A stretch of 64,000 bases of DNA, from positions 123,194,001 to 123,258,000 of the forward strand of contig NC_042998.1 in assembly GCF_006345805.1 (NCBI RefSeq), given 5' to 3'. The DNA is from Octopus sinensis. Its lineage: Eukaryota. The position numbers were made by a program, and so were the translations under genes. The notes under the pieces are model-generated. The model ran no database searches. It saw only the letters and a program-made list of their open reading frames with translations, and was not told where the DNA came from. The stretch's first letter is position 1. Each line of letters starts with the position of its first letter. Shown piece after piece: positions 1-13,386 of this stretch.

Positions 1-860
1 TTGTAAATGCATATACACACATACACCCCAACACAAACATATATATGTATATATATACATTTATAAATATATATTTATATCGTTGTGTTTCTATATAGAA
101 ACACACACAAATATGTGTGTGTATGTGTGCGTGCGTGTGTGTGTGTTTATGTAAATAAATATGCTAGCAAGAAAAAAATTTGGGCTTTGCACACTAACAT
201 ATCTAGATTATACTATACGCTGGTAGGCCATATTCTATGCGTATCAATAAACGCATGTATTTACCGTTCAAATGTACGCACACAGAAGCATATACAACTC
301 CACTAACACATCATATTATATTTGCACACATATTGGTACTACATTTAATTTATATATATGCATTTACATATATATTGGTCCTACATTTAATTTATATATA
401 TGCATATATATCAAAGCAAGTGCGTTTGTGTGACAGTGTGTGACGGGGAGATAGACACTAAAACATAAGCACATACAAAAGATAAGTGCAAACATTCATA
501 CAATTATACTCATCCATTATATACAGTCTTCAAAAAGATATAGACACGTTTTTATTTACTTTCAAAATGCCTTCGTTAACTCGAATACTGGCGTTCAAAG
601 AGAGAAAACAAATAATGTTTACTTAAACCAGGCTACTTCAAAGAAGGAAGTATGTAAATACACCCTCAATCGTACGCATATTCTCACAAATAAGGACATA
701 CACACACACACACACAGACATATACACACACACACATATATATACAAAGACATTCGCTATGAACGCAAGTACTATTTCTTTGAATCTCCGTGCAATTATT
801 ATTTATCTTATAAATCTAGTCAATAGCTGAGGAAGTAGAAATAATACTAGCCAATATCAT

Positions 861-1146
861 ATGTATATACGCATATGTATGTATGTCTGTATGTATGTAT
901 GCATGTATGTATGTATGTATGTATGTATGTATGTATGTATGCATGCATGCATGCATGCACGTAAGCATGTATGTATGTATATATATGTATACACACATAC
1001 AGAGACATATATATATAAGAATACATACATATATGAATATATATATATATTCTATGTATATATGTATGTATCTATTTATATATATATAAATCTATCTATA
1101 TATATATAAGTATATATATAAGTATATATGTGTGTACGCTTGCATG

Positions 1147-1189
<43 letters not shown>

Positions 1190-1260
1190 CATAACCACAC
1201 ACGTTCATACGCACACAGATAGATACACGCATACACGCACATATACATATGTATACATAC
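861..1260. repeat. Compound (TATG)n/(TA)n/(CA)n microsatellite block
   Basis: Direct inspection; explains the MYVC/YIYI ORFs here. Confidence 0.95.
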
Positions 1261-1749
1261 ATTAGTATGTTTCTGTGTATGACTATGTCTGTGCATGTAT
1301 ATCTGTATATGTATTCTATTTGTTTAGAAATAACTTTCAACATTCACAATATTGAGAAATATGAATTTTTTATAAATTATTTCTCACTTCCTCAGTCTTA
1401 ACTAAAATACAAAACTACTTAATATAGTTTCACGAAGAAAATTAAATTATTTTCCGTAACGCATCTCTACTCTCAGAAAAGTAAATAATTTAGAAAAGAC
1501 ATAGAAACAAATTAAGAGCATAATTCTAAAGTAACAGTTTGTGATCACGGTTTGCCATATTTAGACATACACTGTTATGTTTTTATAATGCATCAATTGT
1601 TCTAAGATGCTTACATTTTTTTAGTGCTTTTTGTAAAATTTAAATTCTAAGGGAACAGTGACAACTATTGCAAATGATTTAACGCCCGTAAATCAGATTC
1701 TGGGACTTGTGAAACGGTATTAGTTTGTACTTATATTATCGGTCAGATT

Positions 1750-1816
1750 TGTTGAACCGCTAAGTTAAACACCAACACCGGTGGTCAAACAGCGGTGTGG
1801 GACAGACACAGGCACA
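1750..1816 (-). mobile_element. SINE family 1 internal fragment
   Basis: Reverse complement (tgtgtctgtccca...accggtgttggtgttt-aacttagcggttc) matches 30542-30617 of the fuller SINE copy. Confidence 0.65.
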
Positions 1817-1860
1817 ATGAATCACCCACCCAAACACACACACACATACATGCGAGTTTT

Positions 1861-2710
1861 GATAAATAAGTATCGGGACTGTTGCCATAGTAACGAAATC
1901 AAAGCACGCAGAGCGAAGCTGTTTGGCACATTTCCTATGCATGCACACTAAGTTTTAAAGTTCTAGCTCACCTCCAAGTTCTAGCTTGGAAATAATGTGC
2001 TTGATGTGAGACCGTCGAATTGACCATGACAGAAAAATTGCCATGGCGATACCTGCTCAGAGGTATAAGCAAAGCTGCAGGAATTGTATGGAGATCAGTG
2101 TATGAGCCGTAGACAAGCGTACGCGTGGTTCAGACTTTTCCAAGATGGCCGAAAAATGTCGATAGTCACGAACGTCCTGGGAAAACCGTGACCAACAGTA
2201 CTGAGTTAGACATCGCAGGTGTGCGTGCAGCTGTGAGGGGAATTCGTCGAATCACCGTCAGTGAGTTATCAGAGGATGTGCAGATTAGATATGGTTCAGT
2301 TCTGTCCATTATCACCGAAGATTTGGGTATGAGAGGCGTGTTTGACAAGCTTGTCTCCAAAATGCTTTCAGCCGACGAAAATTACACTCGGATTTCAATT
2401 GCCCAAGATCATTTTTGTGTTGAGAACGATGAAAATTTTTTGAAAACTTTGCATAGGCTTCTGAGTAGGTATCGCCAAGCGTTAGGCAAAATTTGATGCA
2501 GATTCTCTGCTCAACTTTCTACCTCATGGTCAATGCAACGATCGCACGTTATATACGTTACTTCCAAGCACCGCTGTAAACACCGGGAGTGAGGTGGAAC
2601 GTTAATACTTCGGGCGCATGCACAACAGAGTCCAAGGTCAGTCTGCCAAGCAGCTTCATTCTGCGTGTTTTAGCTTCGTTACCACGGCAGTAGTCCGGTT
2701 ACTTTTAGAC
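1861..2710 (+). mobile_element. Internally deleted Tc1/mariner element
   Basis: Diverged ~68-bp inverted repeats 1861-1928 / 2644-2710 enclosing a transposase N-terminal remnant. Confidence 0.85.
2125..2496 (+). pseudogene. Mariner transposase remnant (HTH region only, DD34D domain deleted)
   Basis: RPG...RRITVSELSEDVQIRYGSVLSIITEDLGMRGV..KLVSKML resembles the mariner HTH plus a degenerate WVPxxL motif. Confidence 0.8.
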
Positions 2711-2713
2711 TAC

Positions 2714-2830
<117 letters not shown>

Positions 2831-2840
2831 TATACTTACA

Positions 2841-4915
2841 TCTTATATATAAATGACAATTCTTGCCTGGCTCTCCGTCTGACTGTTACAATCTTGCTGT
2901 CCAAAACAGGAAACCAACCTTCACCAAATTTTGTATATATGTTGAACTAACATCTAGTTCAATTATAGGCTAATTTGATTTCAATAAAAATCGATAACGG
3001 ACTGACTACGGGGCTTAGGCTATTACGTAATAAAATGAGAGGATGCAAATGTGTTAGGCTAAGGAAAATGATGCATAATGAAGGTAGCAGATGTCAGGGA
3101 AAGGGAGGAAACAGGAAGAGATAGATACACAGGGAATGTGGAAGCAGACAGAGAGAACAACAGACAGAGATAACGACAGATCGGGACACTTCCATATATA
3201 TATAAGTGAGTCTGTATGTATGTGTGAGTGAGAGTGCGTAACTTTCTTAAGCACTCGAAATCTGAGTTGCCGATTTTGATGGGTGGGGTATCAAATGATT
3301 TAGTAATCTTACGACTACTAAATAAACTTTATTTTCGTTTACATATTTGCATTACAAAAAGTTTGCATTATAATCTTTTCTATAAGTCAAATATCGTAAA
3401 TATTTTACACCGCGACGACAACGACGATGTTACATTTTCTATATGAGTGTGTACCTTAAAACAATGCTAATCAAAGTGGTGTCCAGCGGACCGGTGCCGG
3501 TACGCGGCGAATTTTCAGAAAAGAAAGAAACATTATAAAATGCTTATAAAATACTTATAAAAAGCTTTTGTAATATTGTATTATTTGTCTACAAAATAGA
3601 TATAAGATCTAAAAAAATTGTGAACTTTTATATTCATTATATATATTGTTTCCGTTATAGATGAATATTGTTAAGACATTTTACCGGTCCCCGGCATATT
3701 GGAGAAAAAAACTGCCGATACGCCACATCAGATAGTTTGAGAAAGACGGCCTTTCTCTTTATGTTATGACGGAATACAGTCACTCACTAATTCTCTCTCA
3801 CATGCTTACGCACACGCGCACATATAGACAAAAACATTTATGCATATGTGTGTATATGAAAGATGTGTGTATGAAGGAGAGAGAGTCCGATTGAGTGTCA
3901 CTTACACATACATGACAACACACCTTCACTCACTCACTCACTCTCATTCTCATTCTCTCTCACACAAACGTACACACGCACACACTCGTCCATTTCATAT
4001 ACACGTACATATGTCTTTCACTTTCTCCTCTCTTTCACTTTCTGCTCTTACTTCAAAGCAAACGTTGCGGTTTCACTTTCTCTTCTCTTTTAATTACTGC
4101 ACGCTTCAAAGCATAATGAAATCAAAAATTTTACGGAAATTAATGAATACATTCGAAAACTGAGTTGCCGATTTTGACTATGGGGGATCAAAAGATTCAG
4201 TAATCTTTCGGCTAACAAACAAACTTTATTTTCATTTACATATTTGCATTACAAAAATTATACATTATAATCTTTGTATAATTCAACTATCCTAAACGAC
4301 ATTTTATACGACGACGATGACATCACAGATTTTTATATGAGTGTGAACCTTAAAAGACATCCCTTTCCCTATATGTTGTGAGGAAATACATTCACTCACT
4401 TTCCCTCTCACATGCACACGCCCACATACATACAAAAAAGATGTATACATGTCTATTTACGCAGTGTATATGAAAGATAATGTGTGAGAGAGAGACAGAG
4501 AGAGAGAGAGCTACTTGCACTACAGGCCAAAATTCTTACATGACAACACACACTCTCACTCACTCACTCTCTCTCTCTCTCTACCACACACACACACAAA
4601 AATTCGCGCGCGTACAAACACGCTTCCATTTCGAATTGCGGTAGGGAGGGGGGAAACTAAAATTTTGAAAACGTAGTTTCTAGGCAAACTCGTATTAACC
4701 CCCTCTTATACGATGAAACAATGCATAGTATTTTCTTAAAAACAGAAAGCACTTTCATGCAAATACATGAAGATTGTACCCCACCCATCACAATTAAATA
4801 AACAATAACTTGAATTACACCAGTAATCCAGTTCACTATACATCAGCTGCCCATAAGAAAGGAACAATATGGCTGTAGGGCATAACACCTGGGCAATGCC
4901 GGGATGCACTGCTAG
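2841..4915 (+). mobile_element. Non-autonomous Helitron
   Basis: A|TC start (2841 TCTTATATATAAA), subterminal hairpin CCTGGGCAATGCCGGG (4888-4903), CTAG|T end at 4915; AT target, no TSD. Confidence 0.75.
3462..3749. mobile_element. hAT/Charlie-like MITE nested in the Helitron
   Basis: Degenerate ends caatgctaatcaaa / tttgagaaagacgg (cf. CAGTGCTTCTCAAA-type TIRs) and ccggt-rich subterminal motifs; absent from the paralogous module at ~4353. Confidence 0.55.
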
Positions 4916-4941
4916 TGTTTGTGTGTGCATAAATATCATAT

Positions 4942-4988
<47 letters not shown>

Positions 4989-5056
4989 ATATATATGTGT
5001 ATATATATGTATGTATATATATGCATGTATGTACATATATATGTATATATATATAT

Positions 5057-5090
<34 letters not shown>

Positions 5091-5156
5091 GATATATGAT
5101 ATATATATGTGTATATATATGTATGTATATATATGCATGATATACCTATATATGTA

Positions 5157-5220
<64 letters not shown>

Positions 5221-5249
5221 ATACATACACACACATGACTGTCCTCCTT

Positions 5250-5378
5250 CGGCTTCTGTCTTGCAAATCCACTCACAAAGTTTTGGTCGGTGAGGCCTAA
5301 GTTTGACATGCAGTGGGACTGAAACCGGTGTCATGTGGTTGGTAAGCAAACTTCTTACCACACATCCACCCCTGCACC
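5250..5378 (-). mobile_element. SINE family 1, deleted 5' part
   Basis: Reverse complement has the tRNA-like head tgtgtggtaagaagtttgctt...ggtttcagtcccactgc, as at 30321. Confidence 0.7.
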
Positions 5379-7287
5379 TACATCACTTGTAACCTGAAAA
5401 ATTAATCAACGTATTGTAGACATCCGTGTTGATTTTAGCTCCTCTTTTAAGCGTACACGAAAAAACTTAGTAGTCTAAGTGATTCAGCCTTGGTCATTCA
5501 CCTCTACTTTAGAGCCTAGGTCTTTATAATAAACTAGGTTCTTCATTTTTAGCACACTAGATGCGATCCTGCTATTCTAGTAGGATAAACAGAGAGTATA
5601 TGCTCTCTCACTGGCTTGAATGAAGTTCTCTTGGTCATAATCTAACATGATGAAGACAGTCCAGAAGAAACAACAACAATACAGGTTGGTGTTGTTGGTA
5701 GCTTTCAACGCTACATCTATTATAAAACATGAAACCTACAATCTATTTACTGTCAAAGTTTTCAAATATATCGTGTATTATTGATTACAGTAGCATATTT
5801 TCCCCAGCACGACACAAATTTCAGCCTCGACAACAAAAGAGCGCATGGAAATTTCAGTTTCTTGAAGCGTTCAGATATTATTAATAATTATTCAATTTAT
5901 ATGCAGTGGTCAGTGCTATATTCCGATGTAATTTCTAACTGAGAAAATCAAAGAATATGTCCGTTAAATTGTCAATACATATCCAATCACAATACCATGT
6001 GATTACTAAGAGCTTCAGATATTTCAGTTAATTCTTTATGACTGACACCCTCCTTTCTATTTCTGTTAATCATTAATAATTCTCTTGTGCTAGTTTCTGT
6101 TTCCTACTACTAATTTCTAATTCCATATTTGTGTAAAAGATTTTATAGATAATCATATTATATATTCTACTATCTTTAAAAATATAAACTCATAAGATCT
6201 AGAGGTGATCATATTAATTTATATAAGTATGGCAACAAATGTGTTATGAATTTTACAACTTGAAAAACTGTAGTCTGACACTTTACGCAGTATGTCTGAT
6301 AGTTGTTGCTCTTATACCCTTTCCCTAATATTTTCTGGTCGCGATTGTAACCATATTTTGTAATACAAATTTCCTCATACACATTGTGTAAAACCCTTTT
6401 TTGACAGTAAAATGGAGGTTATATCATTGACCAATAAGTAAATAATCACTGTTATACATTTTTACCGCTGACTTTTTTTCATAGTTATTTTCTACGTATT
6501 TTCCAATATATATAGTAATAAAGGATGCAATACATTAACTAGAGACAGAATGATACTTTGCAAGAAGCAATGGTTGCAATTTCCATATATTAGAAGCCGG
6601 CCCAATTAAGGATCTCTTCCTTATATATCAATTGAAGGTGTTGATGTCATTGTCGATGTTATTTAGCTTCCTTGAACGAAGAGATCTATGAACACAGCAT
6701 TCTATTCGTGATCATCCCTTCTTTATTTTTTGTAATACTTGATGCATAAAAAAATTCATCGCTAAATTGGTTTTCTTCTAGTGTATGGGCTATGATTGTG
6801 TCAAACAAATGAAAATCAAATCACAGAAACAGCACACTCATTAATAATCTACACCTGATTTTAAACAATTTTTTTTACGATGGTGTCAATGATCCCAATG
6901 AATCGCTAATATATGCATTTATGTGCACATTTTGCAAGTTAAATGTGTTTCGCAGAAGTCACTAGATTATACAAGTTCGTGTCTATTTAGAGTTCGAAAT
7001 AAAACAATTCAAATTGAGACCGGCAATTGACGGGCAGAAGAGAATTCTAAAACTTAAAATTTCCCACCACTAACTCGAATATGTTATAAAAATGTTATAA
7101 AAAACAAAAGCGAAAATACTTGAAATATGTCAAAGAACTAAATTACATTCTGAAATATATTGTCCCTTAAATGGTAATGAAGTACATCCAAACGCAAGTA
7201 ATTAATTCTATGCTATTCAAGATTTTACAGAGACGCCAAACCTAAGATTTATGGCAGTAAAATGGATTTAATGAAATAAATTACATC

Positions 7288-7690
7288 AGGTACACACGTG
7301 TTTGTGTGGTAAGAAGTTGCTTCTAAACCATATTGTTCCGGATTCAGTCACACTGGGTGGTAACATAGGTTAGAGTTTCCTACTGTAGCCTCAGCTCGAC
7401 CAAAACCTTGAGAGTGAATTTGATAGACGGAAATTGAAAGAAGCTCGTTGTATGTATGCATATATATATGTGTGTGTGTGTATAAGTGTTTTTTTGTACG
7501 TGTGTGTATCTTTGTACCTATTTTTGGTTTCCGTTACTTTTTGACAACTGTTATTCGTGTGTGTTAGTACCCGTAACTTAGCGGTACGTTCATAGAAGCG
7601 GATGAATACTTGGGTTGATTCGTTAGCTTTTGGCTGGAATGAATGGATACGCCTTTTCAAATGGTTATTATTTTCCAATGGCCATACACA
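7288..7690 (+). mobile_element. SINE family 1, degraded copy
   Basis: Collinear similarity to 30321-30749 (tgtgtggtaagaagttgc, ccgtaacttagcggt). Confidence 0.75.
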
Positions 7691-8140
7691 TATTGGTGAA
7701 TCGAGTTGCTTCATATGTGGTTTAAATTAGAGAAGTACCAAATGCATAAACGTTACTAGCAATCTTATTTCTTTGAAGAATGATGGATAGGAGGAATTTG
7801 AAAAAAAGTTAAATCAAAAGCTAATTATAGATAATCATAACAAACAAATTCTTTGAATGCTATCAGAATCACTGCCGTAGTAAATCTATTAAACAAACGT
7901 ATTTATTAAAATCTTTCAGTCAGACTATTTAATAACTAATATTTTTCCTTCCACATTTAGAAACTCAACCTGTTTTAGCAATCAGGAATTCAGTAGTGAT
8001 AAATGGAAAAGGGTATTGTGAAAAGCAAAATTAAATATAATTCTCAAGGTGGCGCCCCAGCATGGCCGCAGCCAAGTCATTGAAGCAAGTGAAAAAAAAT
8101 AAAAATATAAGTTAGGTAATATTATTTGTTGTTATACATG

Positions 8141-8176
<36 letters not shown>

Positions 8177-8489
8177 AAACTGAAAGCATTCTGATGAGCA
8201 TTTATATATAAGCATATAGATAGGTATATATTTACAGAACAGACTTACACGGGGTACAAAGATGCAGAAAAATAAGGGGTAAGGGCATGCTAGGTCAGGT
8301 CCGACAGCTGTCTCTTGGCGTTTGAGGTTACGTAATAGTTGTAACGTTAGGAGGTGGAGCATAAAAAACCTCAATGATATGCGACCAATAGTGGATGCAT
8401 ACAAATATACCGTAAATCCGGCCCTTGCTCCAAGTCGCAGAGATTGGCATGTAACGTTTCAAATCATAATGCAGGGAATTCAAGCATAG

Positions 8490-8860
8490 AAGACAGAGGC
8501 CTTGCCCGGGAAGATGCTGAGAAAAATCCGCAGGAACAGCCTTTACGTCTCATGGGGCTCGCACCTGTGGATAGCCATCTCTGCCTCGATAGAAGTGAGG
8601 AGAGATGTAGTCCGAGGAGCTAAGAACGCTGGTATTCTTCAGTACCACAGGCTCGACATCATATCTGTCAAAAAAGCGGCCGCTGTTTTGACAGTTTGCC
8701 ACTCTTTGGCTTGACGAACAGAGAAACTTAAGCTGTCAGCCCAACTCACCAGATTGCCGCTGGAGATGTCGCAGCATGTAACATCGCAGATGAGGGACCT
8801 ACCGCTTCGGAATACAAAAATTGTCATGCTGTCGCTCTTCAACTGAGGGCCAGTCAAGAG
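8490..8860 (-). pseudogene. Restriction-like endonuclease C-terminus of a CRE-like non-LTR retrotransposon
   Basis: DSMTIFVFRSGRSLICDVTCCD, then frameshifted DRYDVEPV and EPHET*RLFLRIFLSIFPGKAS, resembling PDG.T..PW..G..L.WD.T..D / QR.S....RGNA. Confidence 0.6.
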
Positions 8861-9424
8861 AGATGGCGATTCATCGAGCCAATCACGACTATAAAGCAGA
8901 GATTATCAGATGGAAACATTACAGACAGTGCTGGTCAAGACTGTACAGTAGCCCTTACAAGATTATGCTGCACTGGATGGCGTCATCGTTCAATTTATGA
9001 ATTCCTTAGTGGTGTGCTTTTAAAATTGCTAATATCTATGTCAAGTGATTGAAGAAGTTAACTCATACTCGGCAGAATACATCTATGTAATCTTTTGAGA
9101 CATTTAGTAAACAAAGTGATAATACACAATCGATAAATATAAAAAGAACGATCAAACCATTAATAAACATATCTGTTTACATATGTGATATATATTTTTG
9201 TTAACAGTTGCCGAGGTTAGTGCTTCAGGGTAATAAAATAATTAAAACAATAGGGTTCACTTTATCAAGACAGCTGCTGTTACTAAGGTAAATATGAATA
9301 CGAAGCTTCTGTCCGTTCATAATTGACATTGGGTTGAAAGGATTTCTAATTGGTGAGAGTATGGTACTTTAACATTTTACAAACACACACACGCAAACAC
9401 CCACGCACACACACACATGTACGC

Positions 9425-9474
<50 letters not shown>

Positions 9475-9560
9475 AACAGGAAACATAGGCAGAATGCAAG
9501 GAGTCTACTAGTCGTTGTCTCTGTGGTATGCTACTGTTTATGAATTGTGGAAAGTTGTTA

Positions 9561-9720
9561 CCTGGCAGAATCGTTAGCATGCTGAGCAAAATGCTTAGCG
9601 GCATTCTCTTTTAGGATTATGTAATTGCAGCCGCATCTTTGGAATGCTCAGCTGCTTATCCTTTAATTCAGGGTTTAGGTAAACCAAGTGACTAAAGATA
9701 TGAATACTCATTGTTGCAGC
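9561..9720 (+). mobile_element. SINE family 2, partial
   Basis: ctggcagaatcgttagcatgctgagcaaaatgcttagcggcatt matches the heads at 58398 and 61008. Confidence 0.6.
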
Positions 9721-11706
9721 TGACAGTGATCCGTGTATATACACACGATAATATGTTCTGAAAAGTTTGTATCTACCACCTTTCATTCAGTAATGTGGTC
9801 AACCCAAAGTTGGGATCGAACCCGCAAAACACATCAATGTGAATAATAGATAAGGAATACGCTGTCGTAAACACACACGCGCGCGTATCCTAATACACAT
9901 ATGAAATCATGTTATGGCTGTAAAAAGAGAAATAAGAATAAACTTTTACTTTTGAGATGATTCTCTACTTGAAATAAAACTATTGTTTTTGCAAGTCCGT
10001 GAGGACTATAGATTCAAGATACACTTTGCAATCAAACTGAAAGAAATGCTTGATGACTAATAAATTATTTTTATGAGTGTGAGAAGAGACGCATTTCTAT
10101 GAGAGGCATTAAGTAGATATGGCTTGGAGTTGAAAATTGAACAAAATTACGTATTAATGGAAAGGCATGCAAATGACTTTAAAGAAAATTTTGAACGTTA
10201 AACAATATCTTATATAACGTACATAACGAATATAGTTTCTTAAATAATGACTGAATTAGTATTTTATATAGGCTTCAATAAAGATATAATATTCCTATTT
10301 GTAAACTAAAATTTAATTTAATATTTAACTGTTAATATCAATGAAAGTTGTACAGAAGGAATGAATAGCTACATTGAACGTAGTGTGAAAAGATGGTAGA
10401 TATTTGTCTGAGCCGTATCTGTTTTGTGTTTGCTAATTACTGCTTAAATGTTTGTATAAATGATTGGAAAAGTTTCTCTATAATTCTCAGACTATACCGG
10501 TGGCAAAAATTGGCATCGCTTGCAATTCGTCTTACTAAATATATGAAAACAAATACAAACTAAACAAAATAGGACAGACTAAATAAAAAAGTAATGCGTC
10601 AAGACAAAATAACCGATTTCGGTTTCTCAGCATATATGATTACAGATAAAGCCAGAATAAATCAACAGAATAAATTTCAATATATCAATCTGCATAAATT
10701 CTTACAGATCCACACACACAGACATACGCACACACATGCAGGTGCGCACACACATACACATTTATGTAAATATTCATTTCATGTAAATGTGTAACAATCA
10801 CATGAAAATACATAAGCAGACACATATCGAAGTATTTATAAATTATAACGAGAAACTAAAATTTAAAATTTTGTAAACAATGATGGTTATAACCTACAAC
10901 AGTTTGAACTGGACAAATGATTGTGTGGTAAAAATTACATACATTCTTACGTAAGCTAGTGTCGTCAAACATTTCACAGCTATTTACGCATATTATCTCA
11001 GAAGAAAACTCCTACGTAGAAAAGAAAAATATGCATTACATAACAAAGTATGTTTTTTTTTAAAATCACCCACTAAGATTTAAATAGATATGTAATTATA
11101 TATTATATATATAAGTATGATTCTTTTTTCATTTAGATCTTATTAAATAGCATATGATACATATAGTTCAATAATTAAATACTTCTGTATATTAATATTC
11201 GTTAGTAAGTGTGGCTCATATTTCAAATGTTTTTTACGTGTATTCATACGCGCTTGCAAATATCTCCTGTTGTTTTACAATTAACAGGTACATATACTTA
11301 GAAACTATTAAAATATTTACATTTTTATTTAGTTGCGGTACCAGATATTCAATTTGAATTTTTTTATGCTACGAAAAATAAAAATAGATATTAAATGCAA
11401 AAATATGCTAATATATTAAATCTAAACAATACCGTAATACATTAGAGATATGGAAATGCCCATTCATAAATAGGATTTATATAAATATATGTATAAATAT
11501 AAAACGTATTGTATAAAATCTGAATAAGAAGTAATTAATCTATTGTTTATATGGTGATGCAAAAGTAAAATCTATATAAGTGATATGGGACTCCGTACTA
11601 CGTAATAATACTGAGAGAACTGCAGCTGAAGGTAGACAAAATTTATATATCTGTTACAAGAAGAAAAATAAATCAGATTAGTTTCAGTATTCTCTCTTGT
11701 TTTCAG

Positions 11707-11748
11707 TAGTCAAGTACAAGCAGTGGAATGTAAACTTAAAGAACTCAA
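11707..11748 (+). CDS. Candidate 42-nt host micro-exon (SQVQAVECKLKEL)
   Basis: Acceptor tctctcttgttttcag|, donor |gtaagt, length divisible by 3, open reading, in repeat-poor DNA. Confidence 0.4.
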
Positions 11749-12712
11749 GTAAGTAGTCAATGATATAGTAAAACTGGTTTAATCAAGATATCTTAACGCA
11801 CAAACCTTTAGATTTTTACCACACGTATGGGATGTTTGCATTCAATTGTATTACATGGAAGGAAACTATATGTAGTTCTTTTTTGAAATTTCGAATATTT
11901 ATCTAGACATATTTTGGACATGCAGGCAAACCTTTCTTCTCTCCTATGCATCACACAATCCTTCTAATTTAAAATAAAACTATTGCCTTGTCAGTAAAAG
12001 TAATTGGTGATCTATTTTTCCATTACTACTCGTTGAAAACATAAAGTATACAGGGAAGAGATTGTACATACATATGGAAACTATAAGAAATATTAGATAT
12101 TAAACATATGCACAATACAACATAAGATAGATTTGAAAGAAAGAAGGAAAATAGCTTGAAAAAGAAATAAAATTGGGTTTCCCCCTTCACATGAAAGACG
12201 ATTCTAATTTTTAGATTATACAGAATATTTGTGTTGGATAAGGAATAAAATATCAGTTGTTTCTAAGTTAAAAAGTAAACGAATGTACTTATGTTTTAAC
12301 TAAAATTCATGACGCTAAAAATGATGTTTAAAGTTTTGAAAATATTAGTTGCTTCTTCGCGATTATCTCAATCCCTCTGAGTCAAGAAAAAGTTTCATAT
12401 TGGCCTCATTTGTCTGATACAATTAAACCAATGAAAGATTATCTTTCAGTTAAAACTGTGATCAAACTATAGCTTGAAAATGTTTTTGTAGATGCAATAA
12501 CATTAATTAGTCTTTGATGGAAAGAGAATTATCACAAAGTGATCGATGCACTGGATTCTCATTTGAAATCATATACAAAATATAATAACTGAAAATAATA
12601 TATGTGAAATGTATTTTCTATTGAGTCATTCGCTACACGAAACGCAAAATATTCAAACGTGTTAATATAAGTTTCATAATAACAGGAAACGCTGCTAACT
12701 AGTCAGTCTCCC

Positions 12713-12784
<72 letters not shown>

Positions 12785-12801
12785 ATATATATATAGACAC
12801 T

Positions 12802-12924
12802 GGACTGGCCTGCTCGCTTAGCCAGCGGGGTGGCGTCACTTTAAGGCTAAAACAATGCGAAGCGCATTTTGGCCAGCGATGTGTAGCAACATCTGATGGA
12901 CTGGTTGGTCACGTGGTCACGTGA
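12802..12924 (+). mobile_element. SINE-like 3' fragment ending in gtcacgtg repeats
   Basis: GC-rich island between microsatellites with tandem gtcacgtg tail; family assignment is from recollection of cephalopod repeats. Confidence 0.4.
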
Positions 12925-13308
12925 TACACACTCACACACACACACATATATAGATAAAGATGGCAACTTCTTGCTAACTCGTATATCTGTGTCGTCCTGA
13001 CAATCGTTAAGAAAAGTGGAAATAAAGACTGAACTGATTGAGTGAAATGTTGTATGTTGTAAAATTGATGTATTGTACAGGAGGAATCTTAATGATGATA
13101 TTAACCTCTCTGTCTATATATCTACCCCCTTTGTAATGTTGGCAAATGAAATAAGAATGTGCATTTTCCGTTTAATTGAAAAATCCTATATGTGGCTGAA
13201 GATTGCTCGACATTTTAAAACTGATGTAATACTTACAGTGTTTAATAAAATGAAGTAGCATGAAACAATTGTACTACTCTACGTTGGATATCCATGTTGC
13301 GTATTTTG

Positions 13309-13386
<78 letters not shown>

